In this document: piece by piece, positions 44,164 through 52,616 of the stretch
Position numbering within the stretch: position 1 is the first letter of the stretch
Layout of the letters: each line of letters starts with the position of its first letter
Virus record (IMG/VR): IMGVR_UViG_3300037478_000558
Location: 1 to 56,503 of that record
Direction: 5' to 3' (one strand)
Origin: a virus
Lineage: Duplodnaviria > Caudoviricetes
Length of the DNA: 56,503 nt
The notes under the pieces: model-generated
What the model was told of the DNA's origin: nothing
Database searches by the model: none
The model's input: the letters and a program-made list of their open reading frames with translations, nothing else
Translations under genes and position numbers: made by a program

Positions 44164-45002
44164 CACTTCCCCCTCATGCTCGGCGCGTCCGTGCTCCAGA
44201 ATGCGCCGTTCTTGTCGCGGATGCGATCGGCGATCCGCTCGCCGTACAGCCCCGGCGCCTCGCCGTCGCCGGCAATCTCCGAGAGCGTCAGGTTCGTCGT
44301 GATCAAAGTCGGCAGCTCCGCGGCATATCTGGCGTCGATGACGGTTTCGAGCAGCTTGGACAGCGCGCCCTTGCCGTCGAGGTACTCGGTGCCCAGGTCG
44401 TCGATGACGAGTTTCTCCGCACGCTCGATACCTACCATCCGCTCCTCGTCATAGCGAGAGACGCGCTCGAGCTGGGGTGCGCGGAGATACAGCGGGGGCC
44501 GGAGGTCGTCGAGCAGATAGGGCCGCTGGGCGCCCTGGGAGAGCCACCACGCCGCCGCCGTGGTCTTGCCGCACCCGACGCCCCCGGAGATGACCAGGAG
44601 CGCCCAGCCGGCCTCTCTGACGCGCACGAGCGGCTCGGTGTCGCGGAGCTCGCACCCGACGATGGCGGGAATGTCCTTGGCCGGCACCCCCATCGCGGCC
44701 AGCTTGCGGCCGAGGACCACCTCGTCGAAGCGCTCGACCGGCACGTCCGCCGCGCCCCATGCGTCGAGCTTGGCCCGCTTGGTCTTGCGCTCGCGCTCCT
44801 CTGCCCTTCTGCGCTCAAGTTCCTCGCGCGCCCGGTTCTCGGCCTCGACCCGGGCGAGCCGCTCATCGTAGCTGGCCCTTTTGGCCTTCCGGGCCGCGCG
44901 CTGCTCCTCGGTCTCCCCGAGCACCGGGACGAGCCCGATCGCGCCAAGCACCTCGCGGACGCCCTCGGCCACTGGGGCCGGCAGCTTCCTGCGCTCGCTC
45001 AT
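44163..45002 (-). CDS. DnaC/IstB-like AAA+ helicase loader
   Basis: GGVGCGKT, LVIDDLGTE, TLITTN and YGERIADRI. Confidence 0.88.
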   Translation of the reverse strand: MSERRKLPAPVAEGVREVLGAIGLVPVLGETEEQRAARKAKRASYDERLARVEAENRAREELERRRAEERERKTKRAKLDAWGAADVPVERFDEVVLGRKLAAMGVPAKDIPAIVGCELRDTEPLVRVREAGWALLVISGGVGCGKTTAAAWWLSQGAQRPYLLDDLRPPLYLRAPQLERVSRYDEERMVGIERAEKLVIDDLGTEYLDGKGALSKLLETVIDARYAAELPTLITTNLTLSEIAGDGEAPGLYGERIADRIRDKNGAFWSTDAPSMRGK

Positions 45003-46285
45003 AGCTGGTCACCCCGTGGGTACTTGCGCCCCGGGCGCAGTGGCCCGCGCGCGCCCGCCGGCGAGCCGTCGAACTTGTCGAAGTGCTGAAGCAGCGTCTG
45101 CAAGTCGCCGTTCTGCGCCGGCCACTCCCCGCGCTCGTGCATGCGGAACATCCTCCGTGCTCGTGAGAGGCACACAGCGAGCCCGTGAGCCTTCAAAAGC
45201 CTGGAGACCATGCCTCCCTGCTTCGGTCCCCACGTCGGCTTAGAGCCGCCCCTGAACGTCCTGTAGAGCTCATCGAAGGCGCCCACGAATTGCTTGTGCT
45301 CCGCGGCGAGCTTGGCCTCTGCCTCCGTGCGCTCTGCCGACTTCGCCCGGGGCTTGGCACTGGCCTTGCTCCCCGCGGGCACGCGCGCGCTCTTAGAATT
45401 ATTAGAATTTCTATTAAGATCTAGATCTTGAAGATCTGTTTCTTGATCAAGATCAGAGATCAGAGGTAAAGAGATCTGAGAGTTAAACGCGACCCGACCG
45501 AGCGATAGCGAGGGAGTGGTCGACGAGCGAAGCGAGTCATGGATAGAGGGTGTAGAGGGGGGTGTGGGGGGAGACCCGGGGGAAAGGGATTTTTCCTCGC
45601 AACCGGAATTCGCTGAATCGAATCCACTGTCGGATTCTTCCGCGATTACAGGCACTTGCGACGTGTCACGCGATGTAACGCGAGAGCCGTTGCCGTTACG
45701 CGCGGCTTCATCTACCGCGCGTTCATTCTCTAATTCTTCAGCGATTACGAGAACTTCCGGCGTGTAACGTGGTGTAACGCGAGCGCCATTACGGTTACGC
45801 TCGGTTTCGTATGCCGAATTGACGCCAGAATCTCGTTGAACTGTAATGCTGCTAACATTTCCGTCTTTTACCGGGTCCTGTACAGCCCGTTTGCGGACCT
45901 TGACGACATTGGTAATCCGCTCTGCCAGCCTTTCCCGGTCGCGCTGCCGATCGCGGTATTGCCTGGTCCGCATCCGCATCGACGACCCGGTTTTCTGCTG
46001 TGCATAGTGCTCGACCAGGAGCAGGTCACCGCCCTCCACCCAGCGGATATCCCCGTTCCTCTCCAGCTCTCCGATCGCCCGCTGGACAACGGACAACGGC
46101 ATCACCGTTATCGCAGCCACCGCGGGCACTCCGCGCCCCCGGAGCGCCACCACGCCGGCCCCATCGGCCAACCGGGCGAGGAAGAGCAGGAGCGCCCGGG
46201 CATGCCACGAGAGCACCACCCATTCCGGCACGTCGCGAACGAACACCTTGACGTACAGCTCGTTACTGTAATCGCGCGCGCTCAT
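44999..46285 (-). CDS. Phage replication initiator protein
   Basis: N-terminal wHTH-like region, R.RQYRDRQR, low-complexity linker, C-terminal helical domain; upstream of DnaC-like gene. Confidence 0.75.
   Translation of the reverse strand: MSARDYSNELYVKVFVRDVPEWVVLSWHARALLLFLARLADGAGVVALRGRGVPAVAAITVMPLSVVQRAIGELERNGDIRWVEGGDLLLVEHYAQQKTGSSMRMRTRQYRDRQRDRERLAERITNVVKVRKRAVQDPVKDGNVSSITVQRDSGVNSAYETERNRNGARVTPRYTPEVLVIAEELENERAVDEAARNGNGSRVTSRDTSQVPVIAEESDSGFDSANSGCEEKSLSPGSPPTPPSTPSIHDSLRSSTTPSLSLGRVAFNSQISLPLISDLDQETDLQDLDLNRNSNNSKSARVPAGSKASAKPRAKSAERTEAEAKLAAEHKQFVGAFDELYRTFRGGSKPTWGPKQGGMVSRLLKAHGLAVCLSRARRMFRMHERGEWPAQNGDLQTLLQHFDKFDGSPAGARGPLRPGRKYPRGDQL
45390..45805. other. Putative replication origin within initiator gene
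   Basis: AT-rich patch with 7 GATC in 45418-45477 next to two imperfect repeats bearing GTAACG/CGTTAC. Confidence 0.5.
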
Positions 46286-46503
46286 CGCCACCCTCCCGAA
46301 CCGACAAAATCATCGCTGAGGAGCTGAAGGGCGAGCCGGTGCCGGTCCCCGGGCACGCGCCCCCCCATCCAGCCATGCACGGTCGCCGGCTGCACGCCAA
46401 ACACCCTGGCGAGCACGGCCGGCTCGATTCCTCGGTCCCGCATCCATTGCTCGAGCCGCGTCCTGGCCGGCCCGCTGTGCTCCGCTTCTTGCTGCTGTTC
46501 CAT
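46282..46503 (-). CDS. Cro-like HTH transcriptional regulator
   Basis: LARVFGVQPATVHGWMGG.RVP HTH. Confidence 0.8.
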   Translation of the reverse strand: MEQQQEAEHSGPARTRLEQWMRDRGIEPAVLARVFGVQPATVHGWMGGRVPGDRHRLALQLLSDDFVGSGGWR

Positions 46504-46504
46504 T

Positions 46505-46649
46505 CCTCGACCCCTACCGGTCATCGGTGATTCTGTCTACCAGTCATCGGTGTTGCGCAGGTCATAACCTGTTGACGATACTATCCATTCGGCTCATATG
46601 CACCGGATGAGTGGTAGACAGATTATCGGATGACTGATAGGGGTCGAGG
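46505..46649. promoter_or_regulatory. Divergent promoter cassette with ~48-bp imperfect inverted arms
   Basis: 46505-46552 is nearly the reverse complement of 46601-46649; each arm has TAGACA-N17-TAGGGG and two GATGA(C/G) boxes. Confidence 0.8.
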
Positions 46650-46650
46650 C

Positions 46651-47667
46651 ATGGAGCTACTCACCACCTCGGCTGCATCGGTTTGGCGCCGGTGCCCACG
46701 CGAATATTTCTATTCCTACGTGCTCTGGAGGCGCCTGATCGCCACTTCTGAAGCACTCCGCATCGGCACGTTGATCCACGCCGGATTGGAGGCGTGGTGG
46801 AAGTCATACATGTTCAGCGTGCTTGCCGACCACCGCCCAGAGATGCCGCTGGAGCGTGCCCTTGCGGCCCTGGATGCGTGCGCCGATGATCTCGATGACC
46901 GCAATGCGATCGATGAGTACACGCTCGCGTCATGCAGGGTGCTCATCGCCGGATATCACGCCCGCTGGTCGTCTGAGATGGCCGAAATCGAAGTCCTCGG
47001 CGTCGAGAGCAGCTTCAGGGCGCCGATGGTCAACCCGGCCACCGGCCACCCGTCGCGCACCTTCGAGATCGGGGGCAAGCTCGATGCGCTGATCCTGCGC
47101 CGGGGCCGCGTCGAGATCGTCGAGCACAAGACCACCACCGAGGCGCTCGACGGGGATTCGGACTACTGGCCCCGTCTGCGCATGGACTCCCAGATCTCAA
47201 TGTATCACGACGGCGCCGCGCGCCTGGGCCACGTGCCCAGATCGTGCACCTATGACGTGATCCGCAAGCCCACGATACGGCCGTACAAGGCTACGCCGGA
47301 GCACTTGCGCAAATACACAAAGGCAGGAACCCTCTATGCCCAACAGCGCGCGGAGGATGAGACCGTCGCCGAGTACGCCGCCCGGGTGGCGGATGACGTG
47401 CTCGCGAACCCCGAGCGGTATTACCGCCGTGCATCCATCGTGCGCCTGGATCCTGAGATGGCCGGCCACCGCGCGAACGTGTGGATGGTCGGAGAGGAGA
47501 TCAAGCTCGCGCGAAAGCTCGACTACTACCGCCAAGATCCTGATTCATGTCGGAGGTTTAACCGCATGTGCGCCTACTTCGACGTGTGCACAGGGGCTGA
47601 GTCGATCGAATCCCCCAGGTTCGGCACGGTCGAGGCGCACCCGGAGCTGGCCGAGGCGATTGATTAA
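46651..47667 (+). CDS. PD-(D/E)XK exonuclease (RecE/Cas4-like)
   Basis: RCPR.Y, GTLIHAGLE, GKLD, IVEHKTT, Q..MY and C-terminal C...C....C. Confidence 0.85.
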   Translation: MELLTTSAASVWRRCPREYFYSYVLWRRLIATSEALRIGTLIHAGLEAWWKSYMFSVLADHRPEMPLERALAALDACADDLDDRNAIDEYTLASCRVLIAGYHARWSSEMAEIEVLGVESSFRAPMVNPATGHPSRTFEIGGKLDALILRRGRVEIVEHKTTTEALDGDSDYWPRLRMDSQISMYHDGAARLGHVPRSCTYDVIRKPTIRPYKATPEHLRKYTKAGTLYAQQRAEDETVAEYAARVADDVLANPERYYRRASIVRLDPEMAGHRANVWMVGEEIKLARKLDYYRQDPDSCRRFNRMCAYFDVCTGAESIESPRFGTVEAHPELAEAID

Positions 47668-47737
47668 TCCGGTGCATGTTTTCGCTTGACTTGGCGGTCG
47701 CAAGTTCTTCACGATCGCGTGAAAGGAGCCACCTTCC

Positions 47738-49303
47738 ATGAGCCGCAAAATGATCTGGAGCGATCAGCAGATCGCGATATTCGACTGGTTCAAGACCGCC
47801 GAGAAGCGCAACCTCGTGGTGCGCGCCCGGGCCGGCACCGGCAAGTCCACATCGATCATCGAGGGAATCCGCCACGCCCCCGAGGATCAGGTGCTGGTGA
47901 CGAGCTTCTCCAAGCTGTCGGTCACCGATCTGGAGAACAAGATCCGCGACACCGGATCGCGGGGGCAGGCGAAGACGCTCCACGGCGTGGGGTTCGCCTG
48001 CATCCGCCGATACTGGGATCGCGTGTCGGTCGCGCGCCCGGTTAGCGACCGTGCCGACCAGCTCACCGAGCAGGTCGTCGGGCAGGTGCCGATCACGATC
48101 AAGCGGCTGGTATCCAAGCTGCACACCAAGGGCCGCGAGATGGCCCCGTTCGCCCGCGAGCTGGGCGATCTGACTGCGCTGGCCTACGAGTTCGACTGCG
48201 CGCCTGACGAGGAGTGGGCCGAGGATGGCTATGGGCTCGACTTCGTCGAGTCGGCGGCCCTGCGCGCGATGGAGCTTGCGGCGACACAGCAGACGACGGC
48301 GATCGACTTCGCCGACATGCTGTATCTCCCCGTTCGCAATCGCTGGATGCGCAAGGAGTGGGATCTCGTGGTGGTCGATGAGGCGCAGGATATGAGCGCC
48401 ACCCAGCTCTTGCTCGCGCTCGGCGTGGCCCGCGGGCGGATCGTGCTGGTCGGTGACGATCGCCAGGCCATCTACGGCTTCCGGGGTGCCGACTCTGGAT
48501 CGCTCGACCGGCTCAAGGGCGAGCTTCAGGCCGACGAACTCGGCCTCAACTGCACCTATCGGTGCGGTACCGCGATCGTCGATCTGGCTCGCGCGCTCGT
48601 GCCGGACTACATCGCCCACGAGAGCAACGGCACCGGGCTTGTGCGCTCTGCTCCGGCCTCGACGCTGGTCAACAGCGTGGAGATGGGCGACTTTCTCCTG
48701 AGCCGAAAGAATGCCCCGCTGGTGACCGCTGCGCTGAAAATCCTGCGCGCGGGCAAGCGCTGCAAGATCCAGGGCCGCGATATCGGACAGGGCTTGATCG
48801 CTCTCGTGCGCAACCTGGCCAAGGGCAAGGCCAGGGACTCGATGCCGGCATTCCTGGCGAAGCTGACGACCTGGGAGGAGCGCGAGATCAGGCGCGCCTG
48901 GAAAGGGTCCAGAAGCGACGCGATCGCCGCTTCGCGCGAGGAGCAGATCAAGGAGCGCGCCGAGACGCTCGTCGCTCTCGCCGATGGCATGAGCAGTGTG
49001 CGTGAACTGATCGCGAGGATCGAGGATCTTTTCTCTGACGACGATCGCCAGCCGCACGTCACCGCTTCGAGCATACACCGCGCCAAGGGGCTCGAAGCTG
49101 ATCGCGTCTTCGTGCTCCGCGACACCCTGTATCCGCGTATGCCCTGCCAGTGCGGACACTGGCACAACGGCAAGGGCTGCAACCGCTGCTCGTGCGCCAC
49201 GTACCGCGTGCCTGATTCGCGGATGCAGGAGGAGGAGAACCTCGAGTACGTGGCGATCACCCGGGCTCGCCACGAGCTGGTGTGGCTCAACGGCGACCTA
49301 TAG
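47738..49303 (+). CDS. UvrD/Rep-like SF1 helicase
   Basis: ARAGTGKS, VDEAQD, VGDDRQAIYGFRGA, YRC, SIHRAKGLEA and YVAITRA. Confidence 0.92.
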   Translation: MSRKMIWSDQQIAIFDWFKTAEKRNLVVRARAGTGKSTSIIEGIRHAPEDQVLVTSFSKLSVTDLENKIRDTGSRGQAKTLHGVGFACIRRYWDRVSVARPVSDRADQLTEQVVGQVPITIKRLVSKLHTKGREMAPFARELGDLTALAYEFDCAPDEEWAEDGYGLDFVESAALRAMELAATQQTTAIDFADMLYLPVRNRWMRKEWDLVVVDEAQDMSATQLLLALGVARGRIVLVGDDRQAIYGFRGADSGSLDRLKGELQADELGLNCTYRCGTAIVDLARALVPDYIAHESNGTGLVRSAPASTLVNSVEMGDFLLSRKNAPLVTAALKILRAGKRCKIQGRDIGQGLIALVRNLAKGKARDSMPAFLAKLTTWEEREIRRAWKGSRSDAIAASREEQIKERAETLVALADGMSSVRELIARIEDLFSDDDRQPHVTASSIHRAKGLEADRVFVLRDTLYPRMPCQCGHWHNGKGCNRCSCATYRVPDSRMQEEENLEYVAITRARHELVWLNGDL

Positions 49304-49343
49304 CGCTTTCCCGGTCGGTGCGCGGGCAATCAGCACCGGTTTT

Positions 49344-49449
49344 GCCGTGGCATGGACAGCAAGAGATCGCGTTGCGTGAGCACGCGAAGGGCGTCGTTCT
49401 CCGTCCTGGGTCTCTCTTGCGCTCGGGTTCGAGCCCCGGGCACGGCACC
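49344..49449 (+). ncRNA. tRNA-like structured RNA (acceptor and T arm, no anticodon arm)
   Basis: GCCGTG/CACGGC-A-CC acceptor, CTCGGG-TTCGAGC-CCCGGG T arm, GCAAGAGA/TCTCTTGC helix enclosing two hairpins. Confidence 0.65.
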
Positions 49450-49476
49450 GCGAAAAACTTGGCGAAGGAGACCACC

Positions 49477-49770
49477 ATGGCGACGAGACGACGACGAGCG
49501 GCCGGCCTCGAAGTGCTCGGCAGCCCCCGGCGCGCCCGGGGCATCCACGACGACGAGATCAGCCCGCGCAACCTGGATCGGTTGGTCGAGGGCAAGCGCA
49601 CCGAGTGCGCACATTATCAGGGGTGCATGAACTACGCATCCGCTCTCGATTGGCCGCAATTCCATTGCAGGCAGTGCACCCAATTTGTGGAGCGCGACGA
49701 CCACGACGCGATGATCGAGGATCGCGTTTTTGCCCGAATCGGTAATCGATTCTTGGAGAACTCAATATGA
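49477..49770 (+). CDS. Small Cys4 protein (C..Y..C......W..F.C..C)
   Basis: RBS AAGGAG; Cys pattern resembles small proteins common in myxobacteria (recalled, not searched). Confidence 0.65.
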   Translation: MATRRRRAAGLEVLGSPRRARGIHDDEISPRNLDRLVEGKRTECAHYQGCMNYASALDWPQFHCRQCTQFVERDDHDAMIEDRVFARIGNRFLENSI

Positions 49771-50696
49771 AGCTGAGCGACATCAAACCGGGCCGCCTGA
49801 AAAAGGCCAACCGCCTGATCTTCTACGGCCCGCACGGCGTGGGCAAAACCACGCTTGCGGCCAATATGGACAACCCGATCTGGATCGACGCGGAGGACAG
49901 CTCTGGCGAGGTCGAGGTTGCCCGCTACCCCTTCCGGGCCGAGCCCGGGGGTCACGTGCCCAAGAGCTACGAGGAGATCCTCGGTGCGATCGATGCGCTG
50001 ACCACGGAAGAGCACTCGTTCACCGAGGTCGTGATCGACACAGCCGATCGTGTCGAGACGCTCATCTGGGATCACGTGTGCGCCCGCGATAGCCGCAAGG
50101 GCAAGCTCCTGACGAGCGTCGAGAGCTACGGCTACGGCAAGGGCTATGTCGTGGCCCTGGACGAGTGGCGCCTGCTCTGCGCTCGCTTGGACGAACTCCG
50201 CACCAAGCGCGACATGACGATCGTGATCCTCGGGCACTCCGGGGTGAAGACCTTCAAGAACCCGTCAGGAGAGGACTACGACCGGTACCAGCTCCGGCTA
50301 CAGGAGAAGGCCGCGGGATGGCTCGGCGAGTGGGCTGACGTGATCGGCTTCTGCTCGTTCGAGGAAGGCGCGTCGAAGGGCGAGAACGAGAATCGCGCGA
50401 AGGGGTGGAGCACGGGCAAGCGCCTCATCCACTTCGCCCGTGGGGCCGCCCACGACGCCAAGTCGCGCCTCTCGCTGCCCGACCTGGTCGAGATGCCCGA
50501 CACCGACCCGTTCGAGCCCCTCCGGGCCGCGCTGGCCACGTCCAAGGATCCCGGCGAGCTTGTCGGGCTGATCAACGCGGAGTTGGCGCGCATCGGCGAT
50601 GATGAGCTGACCAAGAAGGTCAAGGCCGCAGTTGCCATCGCCGGCAGCGATGCCGTTCGGCTGATGCGCTTCCTGAACTCGCTCCGGTCGCGGTAG
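49767..50696 (+). CDS. Sak4-like AAA_24 ATPase (single-strand annealing recombinase)
   Basis: YGPHGVGKTT, VVIDT.D, GYGKGY, EWADVIGF and AKSR. Confidence 0.85.
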   Translation: MKLSDIKPGRLKKANRLIFYGPHGVGKTTLAANMDNPIWIDAEDSSGEVEVARYPFRAEPGGHVPKSYEEILGAIDALTTEEHSFTEVVIDTADRVETLIWDHVCARDSRKGKLLTSVESYGYGKGYVVALDEWRLLCARLDELRTKRDMTIVILGHSGVKTFKNPSGEDYDRYQLRLQEKAAGWLGEWADVIGFCSFEEGASKGENENRAKGWSTGKRLIHFARGAAHDAKSRLSLPDLVEMPDTDPFEPLRAALATSKDPGELVGLINAELARIGDDELTKKVKAAVAIAGSDAVRLMRFLNSLRSR

Positions 50697-50701
50697 AAAC
50701 G

Positions 50702-51499
50702 ATGCCACCCATGAAGCTCACAGTAGATTCCATCCTCGCCCTGAACCCATGCGACGACTGGCCGCGTGAGCGGATCGAGGAGGTTTTCGGTAAGCGTTAC
50801 GATGCCACTTTCGCCGATCTCCTCGCCGATAAGCGCGTGCCATTCACCGATGCCCTGTGGCTGTTCTGCGCCGTGCTGAGCCGAGACGGTAACGATCGCC
50901 TCTTGCGCTGGTTCGCCTGCTGGTGCGCCTGGCAGGTAAGCCACCTGATGGAGGATGATCGCAGCGTCAACGCCGTTCGTGTGGCCCAGCGCTTTGCTCG
51001 TGGGCAAGCGACCGAGGAAGAACGGGCCGCCGGCTGGGCCGCCGGCTGGGCCGCCGCCGGCGAGGCCGCCTGGGCCGCCGCCAGGGCCGCCGCCGGCGAG
51101 GCCGCCAGAGCCGCCGCCGGCGAGGCCGCCGGCTGGGCCGCCGGCTGGGCCGCCGCCGGCGAGGCCGCCGGCTGGGCCGCCGCCGGCGAGGCCGCCTGGG
51201 CCGCCAGGGCCGCCGCCGGCGAGGCCGCCAGAGCCGCTGCCGGCGAGGCCGCCTGGGCCGCCGCCAGGGCCGCCGCCGGCGAGGCCGCCAGAGCCGCCGC
51301 CGGCGAGGCCGCCGGCTGGGCCGCCGCCGGCTGGGCCGCCGCCGGCGAGGCCGCCGGCTGGGCCGCCGCCGGCTGGGCCGCCGCCGGCGAGGCCGCCGGC
51401 TGGGCCGCCGCCGGCGAGGCCGCCTGGGCCGCCGCCTGGGCAAATCAGCGCAGGATGATGGTTCGCATTGCGGCGCGCCTCGAACGCATGACGCGATAG
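50702..51499 (+). CDS. Imm5-like helical protein with long AAGW/AAGE/AAR low-complexity repeat
   Basis: LRWFACWCA.QV.HLM.D.RS..A..VA.RFA.G.AT.EE followed by ~140 aa of repeats. Confidence 0.75.
   Translation: MPPMKLTVDSILALNPCDDWPRERIEEVFGKRYDATFADLLADKRVPFTDALWLFCAVLSRDGNDRLLRWFACWCAWQVSHLMEDDRSVNAVRVAQRFARGQATEEERAAGWAAGWAAAGEAAWAAARAAAGEAARAAAGEAAGWAAGWAAAGEAAGWAAAGEAAWAARAAAGEAARAAAGEAAWAAARAAAGEAARAAAGEAAGWAAAGWAAAGEAAGWAAAGWAAAGEAAGWAAAGEAAWAAAWANQRRMMVRIAARLERMTR
51025..51441 (+). repeat. Coding tandem repeat of GCC-GCC-(GGC)-TGG/GAG/AGG units
   Basis: Directly visible 9-15 bp units. Confidence 0.92.
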
Positions 51500-51531
51500 A
51501 TTCACCACCACACCAAGAGAGGGATATCAGT

Positions 51532-52110
51532 ATGGAAGCAGGCAAATACCGCGCACGCGCAGTCGAGCGCACCGACCCCGAGACCGGCGAGACCGCCAAG
51601 GTCTTCTTTGGGTTCTCCTCGCAGAAGGAAACGCCACAGTGCATCGTGCACTTCGAGATCGTGGAAGACGGCGACGATCTTGGCCGTGTGGTGCCCTGGT
51701 TCGGCTACTTCACCGCTAATACCAGGGAGCGCACGATCCAGAGCCTCCGGCACTGCGGTTTCCGCGGCCGCGATCTGTCGGCGATCAATGACGAGCCCCT
51801 CGACCGGGAGGTGCAACTCGTGATCGAAATGGAAGAACAAGAGGACGAAGCGGGCAACCGCTATGATCGCCCCAAGGTGCAGTGGGTGAACGCCCTCGGG
51901 GGCGGCTTCGTCTCGATGAAAAAGAAGATGGATCAGGGCGCGCTGCGCCGCTTCGCCGCGGAGATGCAGCGCTACATGGACGCCCCACCCGATCGCGCCA
52001 GCGTCCCCAGGGGCAGCTCCAGCGGCCGTAGCAGCCAGGGCCGGCGCAGCACCGCACCAGTGCGCCGTGACGACGTACCGCCACCGTCGGACGACGATAT
52101 CCCGTTCTAG
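51532..52110 (+). CDS. Phage single-stranded DNA-binding protein (DUF669-like)
   Basis: AGKYRAR OB-fold start; C-terminal DDDIPF tail; downstream of Sak4-like gene. Confidence 0.85.
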   Translation: MEAGKYRARAVERTDPETGETAKVFFGFSSQKETPQCIVHFEIVEDGDDLGRVVPWFGYFTANTRERTIQSLRHCGFRGRDLSAINDEPLDREVQLVIEMEEQEDEAGNRYDRPKVQWVNALGGGFVSMKKKMDQGALRRFAAEMQRYMDAPPDRASVPRGSSSGRSSQGRRSTAPVRRDDVPPPSDDDIPF

Positions 52111-52607
52111 CGGCGGGCCGTGATCAGGATGCGCATGCGCTGGATCGCTGCCAGATCGTCGCGCACGCGCACCTGAATGCTGTAACCGGGTAGAAGCTCT
52201 ACCGGTGAGCCCAATACGTCTGGCCAGGTCACGAACGCGGTGAGCCGGTCTGGTCCAGCAGCGGTTCCGATCACCGCTGTGCCGACCCCGGAGAAGATCT
52301 CATCGTTCCGCTTCCACGGGCTTCCGCGGGTGAAGTCGATGATCTCATCATTCGAGACATCGAACACGCCAGCGGTGAGCCCATTCGTCAGTGCCGCGAT
52401 ACCGCCGAAATTTCCCCACTGGATTCCAGTGTTCACGATATTGATCGTGAACCCATGCCAGGCGATCGGGCGCGATGTCTGATTGACGTAGGCGTAGACC
52501 TGCTCCTCGATGGAGCCGTCCACGTTCATATCGCGCAGATCTGCCGGTGGCGTGCCGACAATGTGAAGCAGAAACCCATTCGATGAGCGTCCAGGTGCGA
52601 TCGTCAT
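52107..52607 (-). CDS. Virion-associated hypothetical protein
   Basis: MNVDGS..NFGGIAALTNGL..VRDDL pattern; follows BppU-like gene. Confidence 0.55.
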   Translation of the reverse strand: MTIAPGRSSNGFLLHIVGTPPADLRDMNVDGSIEEQVYAYVNQTSRPIAWHGFTINIVNTGIQWGNFGGIAALTNGLTAGVFDVSNDEIIDFTRGSPWKRNDEIFSGVGTAVIGTAAGPDRLTAFVTWPDVLGSPVELLPGYSIQVRVRDDLAAIQRMRILITARR

Positions 52608-52616
52608 TGTTGGATC

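Noticed and set aside
46651-47667. Cas4 as part of a CRISPR system
   Set aside because: Context (UvrD, Sak4-like, SSB) indicates a phage recombination exonuclease; no cas1/cas2 or array
47558-49273. 571-aa minus-strand ORF
   Set aside because: Antisense to the UvrD helicase, which has all SF1 motifs
49344-49449. Canonical tRNA or full tmRNA
   Set aside because: No D stem or 7-nt anticodon loop; too short for tmRNA and lacks tag ORF and G3-U70; kept as tRNA-like ncRNA
51025-51441. CRISPR array or DGR template
   Set aside because: No unique spacers, no cas operon, no reverse transcriptase and no adenine-specific TR/VR pair seen in the genome
50276-51644. Gly-rich, Pro-rich and Arg-rich ORFs (collagen-like appearance)
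   Set aside because: Alternative frames of the GCC repeat; only 50702-51499 has a sensible N-terminal domain
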